Shown here: positions 1-12,313 of the stretch, in pieces
How positions within the stretch are numbered: position 1 is the stretch's first letter
How the letters are laid out: each line of letters opens with the position of its first letter
Source: Octopus bimaculoides
Lineage: Eukaryota
Assembly: GCF_001194135.2 (NCBI RefSeq)
Contig: NC_068989.1
Coordinates: forward strand, 32,475,096 to 32,539,095
Length of the DNA stretch: 64,000 nt
Direction of reading: 5' to 3'
Position numbers and translations under genes: made by a program
The notes under the pieces: generated by a model
Told to the model about the DNA's origin: nothing
The model's input: only the letters and a program-made list of their open reading frames with translations
Database searches by the model: none

Positions 1-263
1 AATCAGGGCAGCGCAAAAAGTTGTTTTGCACAAGCATTTCTATAGCCAATTACACGGATGAAATTTACGTATGCTTAATAATTTTACGCAAAACAGGTTT
101 CAGACTTTCCCTATTAATTTCATTGTCTTTTGAATTATGAACATATTTACATCATAAGGGTTTTTCGTTGTAAGGCTTTTTTTTTGCAGTTGATTTTCAC
201 CGAGCAAGACTTATCGTAGATGGCATAATAAGTCACACCCAGACAACGTCGGGTTATACTGCT
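1..263 (+). mobile_element. Probable 3' end of a non-autonomous Helitron-like element, cut by an N-gap
   Basis: GC-rich hairpin ACCC(A)GAC-aac-GTCGGGT at 237-254, followed by TATACTGCT and then a gap. This fits the Helitron subterminal hairpin plus CTRR end, but the RR is hidden in the Ns. Confidence 0.45.
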
Positions 264-363
264 NNNNNNNNNNNNNNNNNNNNNNNNNNNNNNNNNNNNN
301 NNNNNNNNNNNNNNNNNNNNNNNNNNNNNNNNNNNNNNNNNNNNNNNNNNNNNNNNNNNNNNN

Positions 364-520
364 TTTCAAAGGATTACAACCTGTGTGATCCATAGGGATC
401 TTTGATATTAAATGAAAATTGTAACGTTCTCATCAGGGAAAGCATGCTTTCCCTGATGAGAAGGTTACAATTTTAATATCAAAGATCCCTATGGATCACA
501 CAGGTTGTAATCCTTTGAAA
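364..520. repeat. 157-bp near-perfect palindrome centred on GCATGC (442-447)
   Basis: 364-444 is the reverse complement of 445-520 apart from one substitution and one 5-nt indel. The left end abuts the gap. Confidence 0.95.
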
Positions 521-542
521 CATATGTAGGAATAAAGTATGC
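442..542 (+). ncRNA. Type-I hammerhead ribozyme (Penelope pLTR type) with a long stem II
   Basis: Core CTGATGA at 453-459 and GAAA at 517-520. Stem II GAAGG-TTACAA/TTGTAA-T-CCTTT with an inner GATCC/GGATC hairpin. Palindromic stem III ACATATGT with predicted GUA cleavage after 528. Stem I GCATGCTTTCC pairs with GGAA..AGTATGC. Confidence 0.75.
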
Positions 543-723
543 AATTATAACATGCGTTTTCTCCAATTCTTAAACATACTCAAATACCCAAAATTTCAAG
601 GAGTTCCTGCCTTAAAAACAGGAGCTAACGACAGTTGTGTTCTTTGCTACATTGGTTTCTATTAACCCATTTATTCTATCAGAAGAATTTTTATTCATTA
701 AGATAGAAGAAATACACATAATT

Positions 724-938
724 ATCATCATCATCATCGTTTAACGTCCGCTTTCCATGCTAGCAGGCTCCAGTCTGATTTGGCAGAGTTTCTACAGCTG
801 GATGCCCTTCCTAACGCCAACCACTCAGAGAGTGTAGTGGGTGCTTTTACGTGTCACCCGCACGAAAACGGCCACGCTCGAAATGGTGTCTTTTATGTGC
901 CACCCGCACAAGCCAGTCCAGGGGCACTGGCAACGATA
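724..938 (-). mobile_element. tRNA-derived SINE, 3' part (octopus OR/OK-like family with (GAT)n tail)
   Basis: Shares GGAAGGGCATCCAGCTGTAGAAA and GAAAGCGGACGTTAAACGATGATG with the copies at 7.7, 24.0, 28.9, 34.6, 50.9 and 62.1 kb. Confidence 0.85.
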
Positions 939-1098
939 TATATATATATGTGTGTATTGATATGTGTGTTTGTATATGTGTATATACATATGTAGATTTA
1001 TGTGTATGTCCATTTGTGTATACATATATGTATGTATATATAAGTATATATGTATCTATATATATATATATATATACATATATATATGTGTGTGTGTG

Positions 1099-1139
<41 letters not shown>

Positions 1140-1160
1140 GTGTATGTATGTATACATATC
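938..1160. repeat. (TA)n/(TG)n microsatellite field
   Basis: Direct inspection. It explains the YIYI/VCVC pseudo-ORFs. Confidence 0.95.
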
Positions 1161-1800
1161 CTATGTTCCTCCCTTTTGGTTTTCACTTTATACATGCCAG
1201 CTGAATATATAAGAATTGGTATATAGTAAATGTTATGCTGGTCAGGTGTGAAAAATAACTTTTTGTATTGTAATTCTATGTATTAATTCATAATTCAATA
1301 TAAGGATAAAAATTATGTCAATTTTTGGTGGTAGTCAGCATGCTAGTAACCCATATTTCACACTTTAAATGCATATCTACCGTAAACTCTATTTTTCACT
1401 GATGATGGAGGGCATTCTATGGAATTGAATCTTAAAATTCATATGTAATCTGGATGAATGTACTCCTGAGGTGATTATTGGAACACTTCATTTTCCTGTA
1501 ACATGTTACCCAAAACTCTTTTTAATGCCTATTACTTTCTCTGTATTTTATTTTGAATTTTTAAGAACGTCTTTTTGCTATATTTTATTATGTTTTATCT
1601 ATATTTTATTGTTATGTTTGTATATCTATATATCCATGTATATTTTTAGTGTTCCTATATTTTTATATTTCAAATATATCAATATATGTTTTAGATTGGA
1701 CAATTCTGATTTCATTCTAATGAAACCCATATATGTATGTATTAATCGTCTGTAGTTTGCCTGATTCGAACCTTTCCTATTATACCTATTATACTTATAT

Positions 1801-1805
1801 ATGTA

Positions 1806-1856
<51 letters not shown>

Positions 1857-2098
1857 NNNNNNNNNNNNNNNNNNNNNNNNNNNNNNNNNNNNNNNNNNNN
1901 NNNNNNNNNNNNNNNNNNNNNNNNNNNNNNNNNNNNNNNNNNNNNNNNNNNNNNNNNNNNNNNNNNNNNNNNNNNNNNNNNNNNNNNNNNNNNNNNNNNN
2001 NNNNNNNNNNNNNNNNNNNNNNNNNNNNNNNNNNNNNNNNNNNNNNNNNNNNNNNNNNNNNNNNNNNNNNNNNNNNNNNNNNNNNNNNNNNNNNNNNN

Positions 2099-2130
<32 letters not shown>
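1801..2130. repeat. (TG)n(TA)n microsatellite spanning an assembly gap
   Basis: Direct inspection. Confidence 0.95.
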
Positions 2131-2132
<2 letters not shown>

Positions 2133-2241
2133 TTAAGTATAATTCTTTAAAATGTTTCAGCTTCAAAGCTGCAGTCATGCAGTCACTGTTGACTGAACTA
2201 CACCATTATTTGGAGATGTCAGAACTGGAAGTAATTTTATA

Positions 2242-2580
2242 TTGATAAATTCTGACGTCTTTTTTACATTAATAAATTCTGATGTCTCTTTTTATATAGG
2301 TAGTTCTTCTCAATTGTCCAAAAGAATATCTAATCATTACTCTACCTTTAGGCATATCAATAAACGTAACAATACTAGGCTTAGTATATTAATCTGGTAT
2401 CTTAAAGATGATAATAATCAATTTGATTTGGAATGGAATATTCTCTCTATATCTTTACCATATGATAAAGGTAAATCTTTTCGTTCGCTTTGTAACAGTG
2501 AAATGTACTGTATCCTGTTCTCAGAGAATCTCCTTGTAAAGACGTTTATAGGACTCGTTTATCGTTGCTAATATTGGTAA
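2242..2580 (+). pseudogene. Penelope-like element GIY-YIG endonuclease, C-terminal remnant
   Basis: FYIGSS..KRISNHYSTFRH..TRLSILIWYLKD..EWNIL..YD..SLC.SE..IL..LL matches the PLE endonuclease pattern YIG..R..NH..F..T.LS..IW.LK..W.IL..Y..C.LC..E..I. Confidence 0.8.
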
Positions 2581-2690
2581 AAACATACCTTTAGTTCCTA
2601 TAAATGATTTCTACCATTCTATAAAATTCGACCTTTGACTGTCTTCTTACATTTCTCTTCCAGTAAATATATCTACTTCTATGACTTTAA

Positions 2691-5191
2691 CCCTTTTGTT
2701 ACTATATTTCTGATCAAAATACACCCCTCATAAGTTCCTTTAAATTCTAAAATAATCATGAATTTAGACTAGTTTCATAAAAGAACTGTAACTTTTTTAC
2801 TTATCAACATATTGTGATATTTGGAACATAATTGAAGAAAGGGTTCTTAATCAATTCTATTGCATAACTTTTGTCTCAAAGTGACTCTAGTTACAGGTAA
2901 ATCCAGGTAAACTGAGCAAAATGTTTAAATTTTGTTTGAATATTACCATAGAAAATGAGTCATCGGCTAATATTCAATTGGGTATGCAACAAAATTTTGA
3001 TATAGAGGAATTGTGCACGTCACTAGATTATCAGCTGAATTTAATGCACAGAAGAACAGATGTATCATTAAGGTAAAATAAACTGAAATACTGGAATTTG
3101 TTTTTGTGAAGAAAACTAGAAAATTAAATACAGCAACTAAATGAAATATACACATACATAAATACACAGGAACATATACAACAAAAAGTAAAACCAAGTA
3201 AATTTGAAAAATATTTATACAATCTAATTATACATATATACAATATTCACACAATATTTCTATCATGGAAAGTTGTAAAACATCCCACTCTACATACTGC
3301 ATCCTTGTAGAATGCACACTGGAAAGATGTTTCAACTGGCTATCCACTGGAGTTTTTCTTTGTTGATGCAGACATTCATGGCACTACCTTTTGCAACCCC
3401 CAATTTTTTTCTACTTTATGTAGATCAGCTGAACTCAGAGGGATATCTTTCTAGCAGGCTTTGCTTTTCCTTCCTGCAGTTATTTGTTTGGAGGAATAAC
3501 CTGCCCTCAACTGTGTTGCTACATCTGCTTGGAACTGCAGATGGTTGCACCGCTTGCAAGTCCCTCCTGATTTGGTATATAATATAAATGCATTTACAAT
3601 GCTCATGTTTACTATATACCAAACCAGGTATCGCCACCATTTATTACCCGGTCTGCCAACCAGATAATAACTCATCATCTGGTTCAGTTGATCCACACTG
3701 CCCATGTACCTGTTATAATGTAGGTTCACAAACAGGGTGCCATTTTCATCTTCACATGGTTGTGCACCGGTAGATAGAAAATTTATCTGCCTCTTATCTC
3801 TGTATGCGGTCGCTAGCAGATTTCCTTTCTGGTGTTGGATTATTTCATCTCTTGTTTTAAATTTTGCCTTTTTTATATCCAACAGCAGTCCTTTTCTACT
3901 AGCAATTATTGTAGCACACATATACATTGTCACAGCTTCTAAATTTACATCAAGTTTGACTGAACTAAAAGATCAGTCAAAAAATAATATACCGCCCTGG
4001 TTATGGTATGGAAGTGATAAATTCCAGACCACATCGTACCTTAGGCCATGCTGACTAACATTATTGTCTCTTTTCCCTGTATAAAAACTAAATCCACAGC
4101 AGTACCCAGTATTTGCCTCACAAATTTTCCAAACTTTGATCTCCCATTTCGTGGGCTTTCCTGGCATATACTGTCAGAAGCGTACCCTTCCTTTATACCC
4201 CACCATGCCGTCATCAATGGACAAGTATCTCTCGGGGTTGTAAAATGTTTTATATGCATTTTGAACGCAGTCAATGAGGGGCCTTATTTTAAATAAGGGA
4301 TCAAAGTTTGGTTCTCCATGTACTGGGGTACTGCTAGTGTCTCTCACATGTAAATACTGGTTCAGTTTCACAGATCGTATTCAGGTCATAATACTGGAAA
4401 CATACTGATCGCCAAAAGGTTCCTGATTGCTCCAGTAATTTGTAATCCTGGGTAACTGTCTAATACTCATAATAATATTTATGGCAAAAAAATGCCTGTA
4501 TTCCTTCTATGGTTGTGGGAGACCACAAGCTGTCTTTTTTTCCAGCTTGTTTACATTCTGCGTAACAGTTTGTTTCTGCAGTAATTACTTCAAACAAGCA
4601 TACTGGGAAAAATAATAAAAAGTCTAATGGTTTTGCTTTCTGAGAAAGTCTATGGGTAGACCCTGTCTCCTCAGAAAAATTGGTAATAAAAACATTTTTT
4701 TAGTTTTTACTCCATTCTGGTGTAAAATCGTCCTCATTATTGCTATCACTGCTTTCAGTTTCTTAAGAATCGCTGCTTTTGGTTTCGGATACAGAAATAT
4801 CCAATTCATTTTCATTCACCACGTGCTTTTGTACCACATTCTTTTTCTTGATATCTCCATATCTTCTGTTGAAAAGCCTTCAAATTCGGAATCACTGCTT
4901 GATTGCATGAAATTCCTCTCCATTTTCAAAGTTGGAAAAAATCAACGCCGAAAAAATGTGGGAAAAATCTTCCTAAATTCACTGAGTTCAAATATCACGT
5001 CAAACAATGTCGGATACTATAACTCAACTATTTACAAAGTGAAATCATGTGTTTTCACAAATGTACTAATGAGATTTGTGTTCAAATTTACATTTAAATA
5101 ATAATGGGCACTCCCAGCTGGCTATGGCCAGGTTGGTCTTTTGAACCCCAAAATTTTTCAGCCAGCTACAGTGGGGTTAGTATCAAAAGGG
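2691..5191 (-). mobile_element. Full-length (2.5 kb) decayed piggyBac transposon, PGBD4-like
   Basis: TTAA at 2687-2690 and 5192-5195. TIRs CCCTTTTGTTAC / GTATCAAAAGGG. Internal transposase fragments. Confidence 0.92.
3265..4908 (-). pseudogene. piggyBac transposase pseudogene (frameshifted)
   Basis: N-terminal MQSSSDSEFEGF; DPLFKIRPLID..LSIDDGMVGYKGR; MPGKPTKWEIKVWKICEANTGY..FFD; YNRYMGSVDQLNQMMSYY..KWWRYLVWY..NAFILY; Cys-rich C-terminus near 3270-3400. Confidence 0.9.
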
Positions 5192-5410
5192 TTAAGCTTT
5201 ATTCTAATTCACCTATCGCTCAATATCTCTCCACTATTAGTTTTCTGCTAATTTCTTTCTTTCTCCTCTTTTTCTTTCTATAAACTACCTTGAAGTTGTA
5301 GCTGCTAATGGTTTTTCTAAAAAAACTTGATAACATTCCCTTCATCACATACGCAGTCATCACATACGCAGTCATCACATACTGTTCAAATGTCTTATTG
5401 ATGTGTTTGG

Positions 5411-5508
5411 TTTCTTTCCCTGATGAGAATATTGCATTGCTTTACACCATTTTATTCCTTCTGGAATAATACCAATGTTTTCTTCGAAACATATGTTGGA
5501 AGTAGAAA
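5411..5508 (+). ncRNA. Type-I hammerhead ribozyme in the Penelope 3' UTR/pLTR downstream of the piggyBac insertion
   Basis: CTGATGA at 5420-5426 and GAAA at 5486-5489. Stem II GAA.TATTG/CAATG..TTC with an inner TTATTCC/GGAATAA hairpin. Stem III ACATATGT with a GUU site at 5495-5497. Stem I TTTCT-TTCC/GGAA(gt)AGAAA. Confidence 0.7.
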
Positions 5509-6203
5509 AATTTGAATAACACCTGCATTTAGAAGAAAAAGTGGGATTAAAAAATCCAGGCAGATATCAATAAAGACTTTGAATTTAATGAATTATGGAT
5601 CACCTTAAAGACATGTTAACAAATTTTTTGGAAAGATTATTTTTAATGATATTTCCTATATCTAAATAGGGTTAGTAAAAGAGAAACAACTGCTGACTTT
5701 GTGAGGTAAATTCTGCAATTTAAGGCATGATTTTCTCTATACTCATTTTGTTACACACACACACACACACACGCGCACGTGCACACACACACACACACAC
5801 ACTATTGTCTCTTTCAAAAGGGACAAAGAGTTAATAGGACTGCAAAAAGGAAGTGTTCAAATAAATGAGGCAATGGTAATTAAACATTGGTCATGGAACA
5901 AACATTAAAATGAGTTAATGACTTTATATGCAGTATCAAACCTTCAACATACATCATATATAGATATTACCATGGCTTTCATAATATACAAGACATACAA
6001 ATACAGAAAACCACTAAGGTAAAAATATACGTGTATGGAAAAAAACAGGTATAGGAATGTACCATCAAAAGATGACTAAAAATTTATAAAGTACTTTAAA
6101 ATATTACGGCTAAACAAATAAAGAATAAATCAACTAAAAAGTTAATTTTACTTCAACCACACCAAAAGATAATAATCCATGAGTAAAATTTTTTTTTTCT
6201 AAT

Positions 6204-6242
<39 letters not shown>

Positions 6243-6799
6243 TGAAATATATTTGTTAATATGTTTTCGCTATTGTTTTTATGTGTGTTTGTATGTGCAT
6301 GCATATATTACATACTTCTGAATATGTATTTGGATTGAAAGAAAATTATAATATTAAGTTAGGTTTACTATATCATTACACTGGATTTGGACTGGTGATA
6401 ACATGAGCAATTAGACCAATAGTAATTAGAATAACATCAATAGCAACATCAAGAAGACTGAATAGACACTTTCTAGAAACAGGTAACCATTTTTTTAAAT
6501 GTAAAAAAAGAATTTTTGTTACTACCTGATAAGAACTTCTTTCTTGTAAAGCAGAAATATTACTTTCTCAAAATATTGACCAACATATGCCCTTAATGAA
6601 CAAACTTAAGAGGCAGAAGACTCACAAACCAAAAGTTGCATCATCTTTCTTGGAAATGATGTAAAAGGAATATTCTCCCCACCAGATATAGCCTTTGGGT
6701 AACCAGGAACTAGCTGTGGCCACTGTTATACATCACAACATTTGAGGAGCCATACACAAGCTAGATGCAAGAGTATGATACTGACCAGCACCTGCTAAA

Positions 6800-8512
6800 A
6801 GGTGTATGTGTAGATGTATTATTACACACGTGTGTAAAAGTCTTGTTTTTTTCTTTGTTTTTTTTGTCCCAGATAACATGTTGTATATGAATTATGGAGC
6901 TATGTTCTTTCTCCAAGAATCCAAATTCTGTTATACTTTTATAATGGCTGGCTAATACATATGCTCCAATAAGAACGAGTATAAATCTGCGAGTGTATTT
7001 TGGGTATTGAATTTGCAGGCTTCTCATCCTTCTTTCTCTTGTAATTTTCTTACTATATGAATATTAGATGGGCAGCTGAGTTCCACATCCCTTTATATTT
7101 TCATATTGTGGCCCCAGGCAACAATATGAGCTTGACTTTCTTTTAATTTGGTTGTTGTTTTTGTTCTTAGGTTTCACCAATATTCTTGTGATTCATTAGT
7201 GTATATTTGTCATTTTTTTTTCTTTCTCACTCCATTCCAGTTTGTTCTGACGTCTACATAATACCTAATGGTATGCTTTGTCTTTTGGATAGAAGGTACT
7301 TCATGGAAATTTCTTTTGGATAGATTGCTTGGAGGTAATTTTGAAGATGAGATGTTGTAAGCTGGTCATTACTCCATGCAGTGGCTTTTAGTGTAGTTTA
7401 TTTCTATTATTTAAAAAAAATTTTATTGCTGTCTCAGTGAACTGCTCTATCTTTTGGTTTTGTTGTGGTGTTATGTTGGATTTTCCACTGTTCTCTGGAG
7501 AAAGAGATCTATCTGCTTTATTTCATGTTGATTAACTATCCTAATGATATTGTTATTTTAATGATGGCAAACTTGAGTGAGATAATTACTGGCCTTTTTT
7601 GGCACAGCAGATGTAGCTTCTATGTTACAATCTAGGTCTTGTGTGATGTTAATACAGATCTGAGGCTATGGTGATTTCTTTTGCCTGAGTCGTCATCATC
7701 ATCATCATTTTAAATCTGCTTTCCATGCTGGATGGTTTGACTGAGAACTGGCAAGCCAGTAGGCTGCACCAAGTTCCAATCTGATCTGACAAGGTTTCTA
7801 CAGCTGGATGCCCTTCCTAATGCCAACCACTCCGAGAGTGTAGTGGGTGCTTTTTATGTGCCATCGGCATGGGAGCCACTCAGGCAGCACTGGCATCAAT
7901 CATGTATGGACGGTGCTTTTTACATGTCACTGGCATGGGAGCCAGTCAGGGGGCACTGGCATTGACCATGTTCAGATGGTGTTTTTTGTGTGCCACCAGC
8001 ACAGAAGCCAGTCACAGGACACTGGCACGGTAGGGGGGGGGGTCAAAGGGCAGGGCACTGGCACCAACCGTGATACAATATTTTTACTTCTTCCATTGAT
8101 GTTGAAATTCCCAGTAACTCCAAGCAGTTTCTAAGTCCTTGCATCCATCTCATTTAGTCATTATAATGACCAATTGAGAAGGCCAAATATAGTTGTGAGT
8201 GATATGTATACTTGCTTTAGTCTGACAATATTTTCTTTACTCTTTAGAGATCTGACATTCATTAACAGCTTGCCCATGTTATTTTTCAGTTCTTATATAA
8301 AGTTGTATTAAGCTAGTCTTGGTTAGTTTTTGTTTCTTTCTTTCCGAGGTGGACACAAGTTTTTGTCACAAAAATGTTTATTTGGACTCGTTATATATCA
8401 TTCCACATTGTCTGGAGAATATTGGATCATATGATCCAATTGCTTTTTGATGCAATTCTTGTCCTACAAGTTTCATGTAGCCTTCAAAGAAAAGTAAGGT
8501 ATGCTTTTGTGT
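6800..8512 (-). mobile_element. R4/Dong-type (RLE) LINE remnant, C-terminal part
   Basis: VELSCP..I..K and MRSLQIQYPKYTRRFILVLIGAY resemble the restriction-like endonuclease end (EISCP..P(V/I)IIGA.G). It continues after piggyBac-2 at 13050-13620. Confidence 0.55.
7693..8071 (-). mobile_element. tRNA-derived SINE (OR/OK-like) with several internal repeat units
   Basis: (CAT)n tail, CTACAGCTGGATGCCCTTCCTAA core and repeated GCCAGTCA..GGCACTGGC units. Confidence 0.85.
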
Positions 8513-9562
8513 CTAACCCTTTAGTGTTCAGGCCGGCCAAAACCGGCCATAAATAATTCCTCTGTATTTGTTTGAACTGGCCAAATCTGGCTGTATCTGA
8601 TTCCTCTACGAAATCGCTAAAAAAATAAAACAAGCCATGTTATTGAATTCTTGTAGCTTTGAGATCATGTGAGATAAAACTTTCCCGCCTTTATTCAAGT
8701 AAAAATACTGTGAAATTTTTGAGACTTCTTGTTTTTTTTTTTCAACATTTGAAGAGAAGTGTGTATCCTAGTTTTTTACAATATGGCATCAGCAAGTAGC
8801 AATTCCAACTTTGAAGGTTTTACTCTTGATGATGTACAAAATATAAACAAAAACAACAGTGATTTGTCTTCAGATGAATCTGATACTGATATTTACAAAT
8901 CTTTGTTGGATTAAGAAAATTTTGATAATGAAAGCAATAAAAATGAAGATTACTACATCAACTGCAATTACTGATTTCACAGAAAAGACTGGTCCACAAC
9001 ACAATTTACCTCCTGATGCTCAATCATTGGACTATCTTTATTTTTACCCAAATGTTTTTTTTTTTGCAGCGGAAAACAAATAATTTCTATTTGTGGAAGA
9101 CCTGATCCACTAAGTCAGCTTTTTTGTATTATAAACATTATGTTTGGTATCAAGCAGCTTCTTTGACTATGGAACTACTGGAGTCCTGATATAAGGTATG
9201 GCGATCCATATCTCTCCAACTTTATGTTATAAGATGAGATATTCAAAACTATCTCAGTATTTGCATTTAATTGATTCTGCTAATGTACCCAGCAAAAACG
9301 ACCCAAGCTACGATCCCCTGTATAAAGTACGCCCTGTTATTGATTTACTTGAGATAAGTAGATAGATAGGTACATAGGTAATACAGACAGACAAGCACAT
9401 GCATACACAAAAGAAGACTGAAACACATGACCATACACACACACAAGGACATATGAAGACACATCCATACATAACAGACGCACATACATAGACACACAAA
9501 TACATGCACACACAAATACATGCACATGAATATGCAGAATACAGACATACAAATGTACATAC

Positions 9563-9603
<41 letters not shown>

Positions 9604-10639
9604 ATTATAGTTTCAGCTAAGAGCTGCGGCCATGCTGATGCATACACACACACACACACACACACATATGTATACACATGCACACATTGGATTCAGAGTT
9701 ACCCTATATACCCTTAAGAATTGTTGGATCATGACCTTGTCCATGGCTTCCTTATTAGCTTGCTTTAAAGCTCTCTTAAAAGTGTCCACAAACCGTTTGG
9801 TCCTTCCATTAGATCTAGGGTGATACGGTGCTATAGTTTTATGTTCTAGTGTGAACATCTCACAAAATTTTTTAAACTCACAGGATACAAACTGTGTTCT
9901 GTTATCAGACAATTATATCTGGTACACCAAATTTTGTGAACAGCTCGTGTAAGAAGTTTATAACCGTATATGAGGTTGGTTGTTTACACCTCATGACCTC
10001 AGGCCATTTTGTGTAGCTGTTCACTACTATTAAGTAATAATATCCATTTGCTGGGCCTGCAAAATTGATATGCAATCAGTACCATGATATTTTCACTTCT
10101 GACTAAGGTTCACATTTTGTAGTAAGTAGTTTTGCTGCCAATGTACGTTCTCTGCAGCTTTTTACCAGGTTTTCAACTTCCTTGTCAATGCTTGGCCAAT
10201 ATATGAAACTTTGCATCAGTGCTTTCATTCTAGGGAGATGCCTGGATGTCTCACGTGGAACTCCTTTAGCATTCTCTTCTGTAATGTCTGTGGTATGACC
10301 ACCCTCTGAGCGTACATTACTACACCATCACATATATACACGCTCACATATTGGTGGTTCTTTGCATCAGACCTTTCTTTATTTCCTTTTGTTAATCAGT
10401 TTTCTTTTTTCTTCTTAATAAATTTGTCATTTCTCACATTTCTTTTTATTTCTTCCAAAGTTACTGGTAGTTCACACATGATGTTTCACATCACTTTTTT
10501 TGTCTCAGTTCATCGACCTCGCTTATGGGTGTATCCTATAAATTAAATTTCTCCATAGATTCAGTGACAAAAATAAATACATAAATTTTTTTTTTTTCAA
10601 CACATAAACATTCACTTTTTGGTTTGACCGTTGAACACT

Positions 10640-10775
10640 TTTCTTTTCTACTCTAGGCACAAGGCCCGAAATTTTGGTGGAGGGGGCCTGTCGATTAGAT
10701 TGACACCAGTACGCAACTGGTACTTAATTTATTGACCCCCCAAAAGGATGAAAGGCAAGGTTGACCTCAGTGGAA
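10640..10775 (-). mobile_element. SINE fragment (second family) inserted in the Gypsy remnant
   Basis: CTGGTACTTAATTTATTGACCCC..AAAGGATGAAAGGCAAGGTTGACCTC is shared with the copies at 42.1-42.3 kb and 52.9 kb. Confidence 0.8.
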
Positions 10776-11985
10776 TTTTCGACCTTTGACCATTATATTA
10801 CAAATGTGTTCACCCACGAAATATAATTTTCTTCCTATAACACCATACACTATTTTGTTTGGACTACATTTTTTTGGTTTCCCCATTTGTTCCCCTGTTT
10901 TCTCATTTATGATTGTAATGTTATTTCCCCTGTCTAATTGCATTCTGACACTAGTGGTTTCAATTCTCACATTCAAGAATTTTCTGTTTGTTGTTGTCAC
11001 AACTTTTCCTGCTGATAAACTATTTATTTTTTCTTGTTTGTTCCATTTTCCTATAATTTTATGTCCTGTAAACTCGCAGCGAAAACACTTTGCTTTTTTA
11101 TATGGACAATCTTTTTTCAGGTACATCCCACCACATGCCATACATGGGTCTACATCACAATATTTTTTCTGTTTTTCTTGCAACATTCTATTTGTCTTCC
11201 AACTTTTTTGCACTGGTATTATGTGAAAACACACTTTCCGTTGATTTTCTTCAATGTCAAATGCTGGTTCTCGTTTCCAGTTTTGTTATAATTTTCATTC
11301 AGATTTCTGCATCCCTTTTATCTGTCAATCCTTGTGTAAAAATCAAACACTTGAAAGAATCTGAAGTATATCCAGCCTAAATCTCTCACATTCTTTGTTG
11401 ACTTCACTACTTTCACAGGTAAGTAGTGAAGTCTTCATTTTCACTCTTTTCTATGTTTAAACATTTCCATCTGGTAATAAACAGTGAGCTCTTTTTGCTA
11501 AACATTTTGCCACTGGGTTGGTGAAATTTATGTCGGATGCTTTTTTTTGGCAGTATGAAGTTACTATACTCTTCATGCTCTGCTGTCGCTAGTTTTCTTA
11601 AACTAGATGTGCTCTCATTTCGTCCGTCCTATCCTGACATTAGAAAGTAAACCTCAAAGGCTACTCCTTCTTTGGGGTCGTATTTGAATTCACTTATGGA
11701 ATTTGCTACATGGTCAGGTGAAAATGTATTCTCCGGTTTGGTTATCAGCTTCATTAAGTGTAACATTTGCTGCTGCAATCCTTGTTCCTTGAGTTGTTGC
11801 TGTTTTTGCAACTCAACTACCCTAGCTAACAAGTCTTCCATATTTTATGGCTTTTGTAAGTTTGAGCAACAAGATTTTGTTTCTCTTTTGTCGAGTTATT
11901 TAATTTTCTACATGAATTAGTTTAAACTCTCCCTGTGAATGTTTTTTTTTTCACTCTGTATAAATTTGTTTTTCCTCATTGCCAC

Positions 11986-12313
11986 TGTTGTAAAGTGGGT
12001 TTCTCCCACTGGCGTGATGCCTGATTGCTGTTGTACTGTAGTTACTATATTACACTAGTACCCACAATAGTTACTAGTTATTGGATACCATTGTATCTCT
12101 TTGTACCAGAATAGTAATACACTAACTTCTTCCATCTTACTATCACTGATAGCTTCACAAGACACTGATTAGAACTGTCAACTGTCAACTCTAACTTTTG
12201 ACCATCTCTTGACAACCGGCTACTGGTCTATTTATAATGGCTGGCACCTACACAGTGAAACTGTATACCCTCCTAGTAAAAACTAGGAGGGTATACAGTT
12301 TCACTATACAACA
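11986..12313 (-). repeat. Gypsy 5' LTR (328 bp), with the PBS at 11973-11984
   Basis: Ends TGTTGTA...TACAACA. On the minus strand the LTR end is followed after one base by TGGCAATGAGGA, resembling the TGGCGACGAGG-type PBS. Confidence 0.75.

Larger units (their letters stand above)
9690..12313 (-). mobile_element. Ty3/Gypsy LTR retrotransposon remnant (K02A2.6/Mag-like): 5' LTR, PBS, gag, protease and integrase; RT and 3' LTR missing
   Basis: gag MEDLL..FKYDPKEG..F; zinc knuckles C..CGG..C / CFRC..TGH; protease LDRG (from LD[T/S]G); integrase HPGISRMK..YWP, KWPEV, SDN..QF, PYHPRSNG..RFVDTFKRAL. Confidence 0.9.

Noticed and set aside
1395-1475. CTGATGA followed by a GGAG..CATTC/GAATG..CTCC stem (hammerhead-like)
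   Set aside because: There is no GAAA, stem III or NUH site. At best it is a badly eroded relic.
780-2245. Many ORFs rich in YIYI/VCVC/HTHT here and at 9308-9823, 24469-25308, 39243-39660 and 40046-40474
   Set aside because: They are translations of (TA)n/(CA)n microsatellites and SINEs, not proteins.
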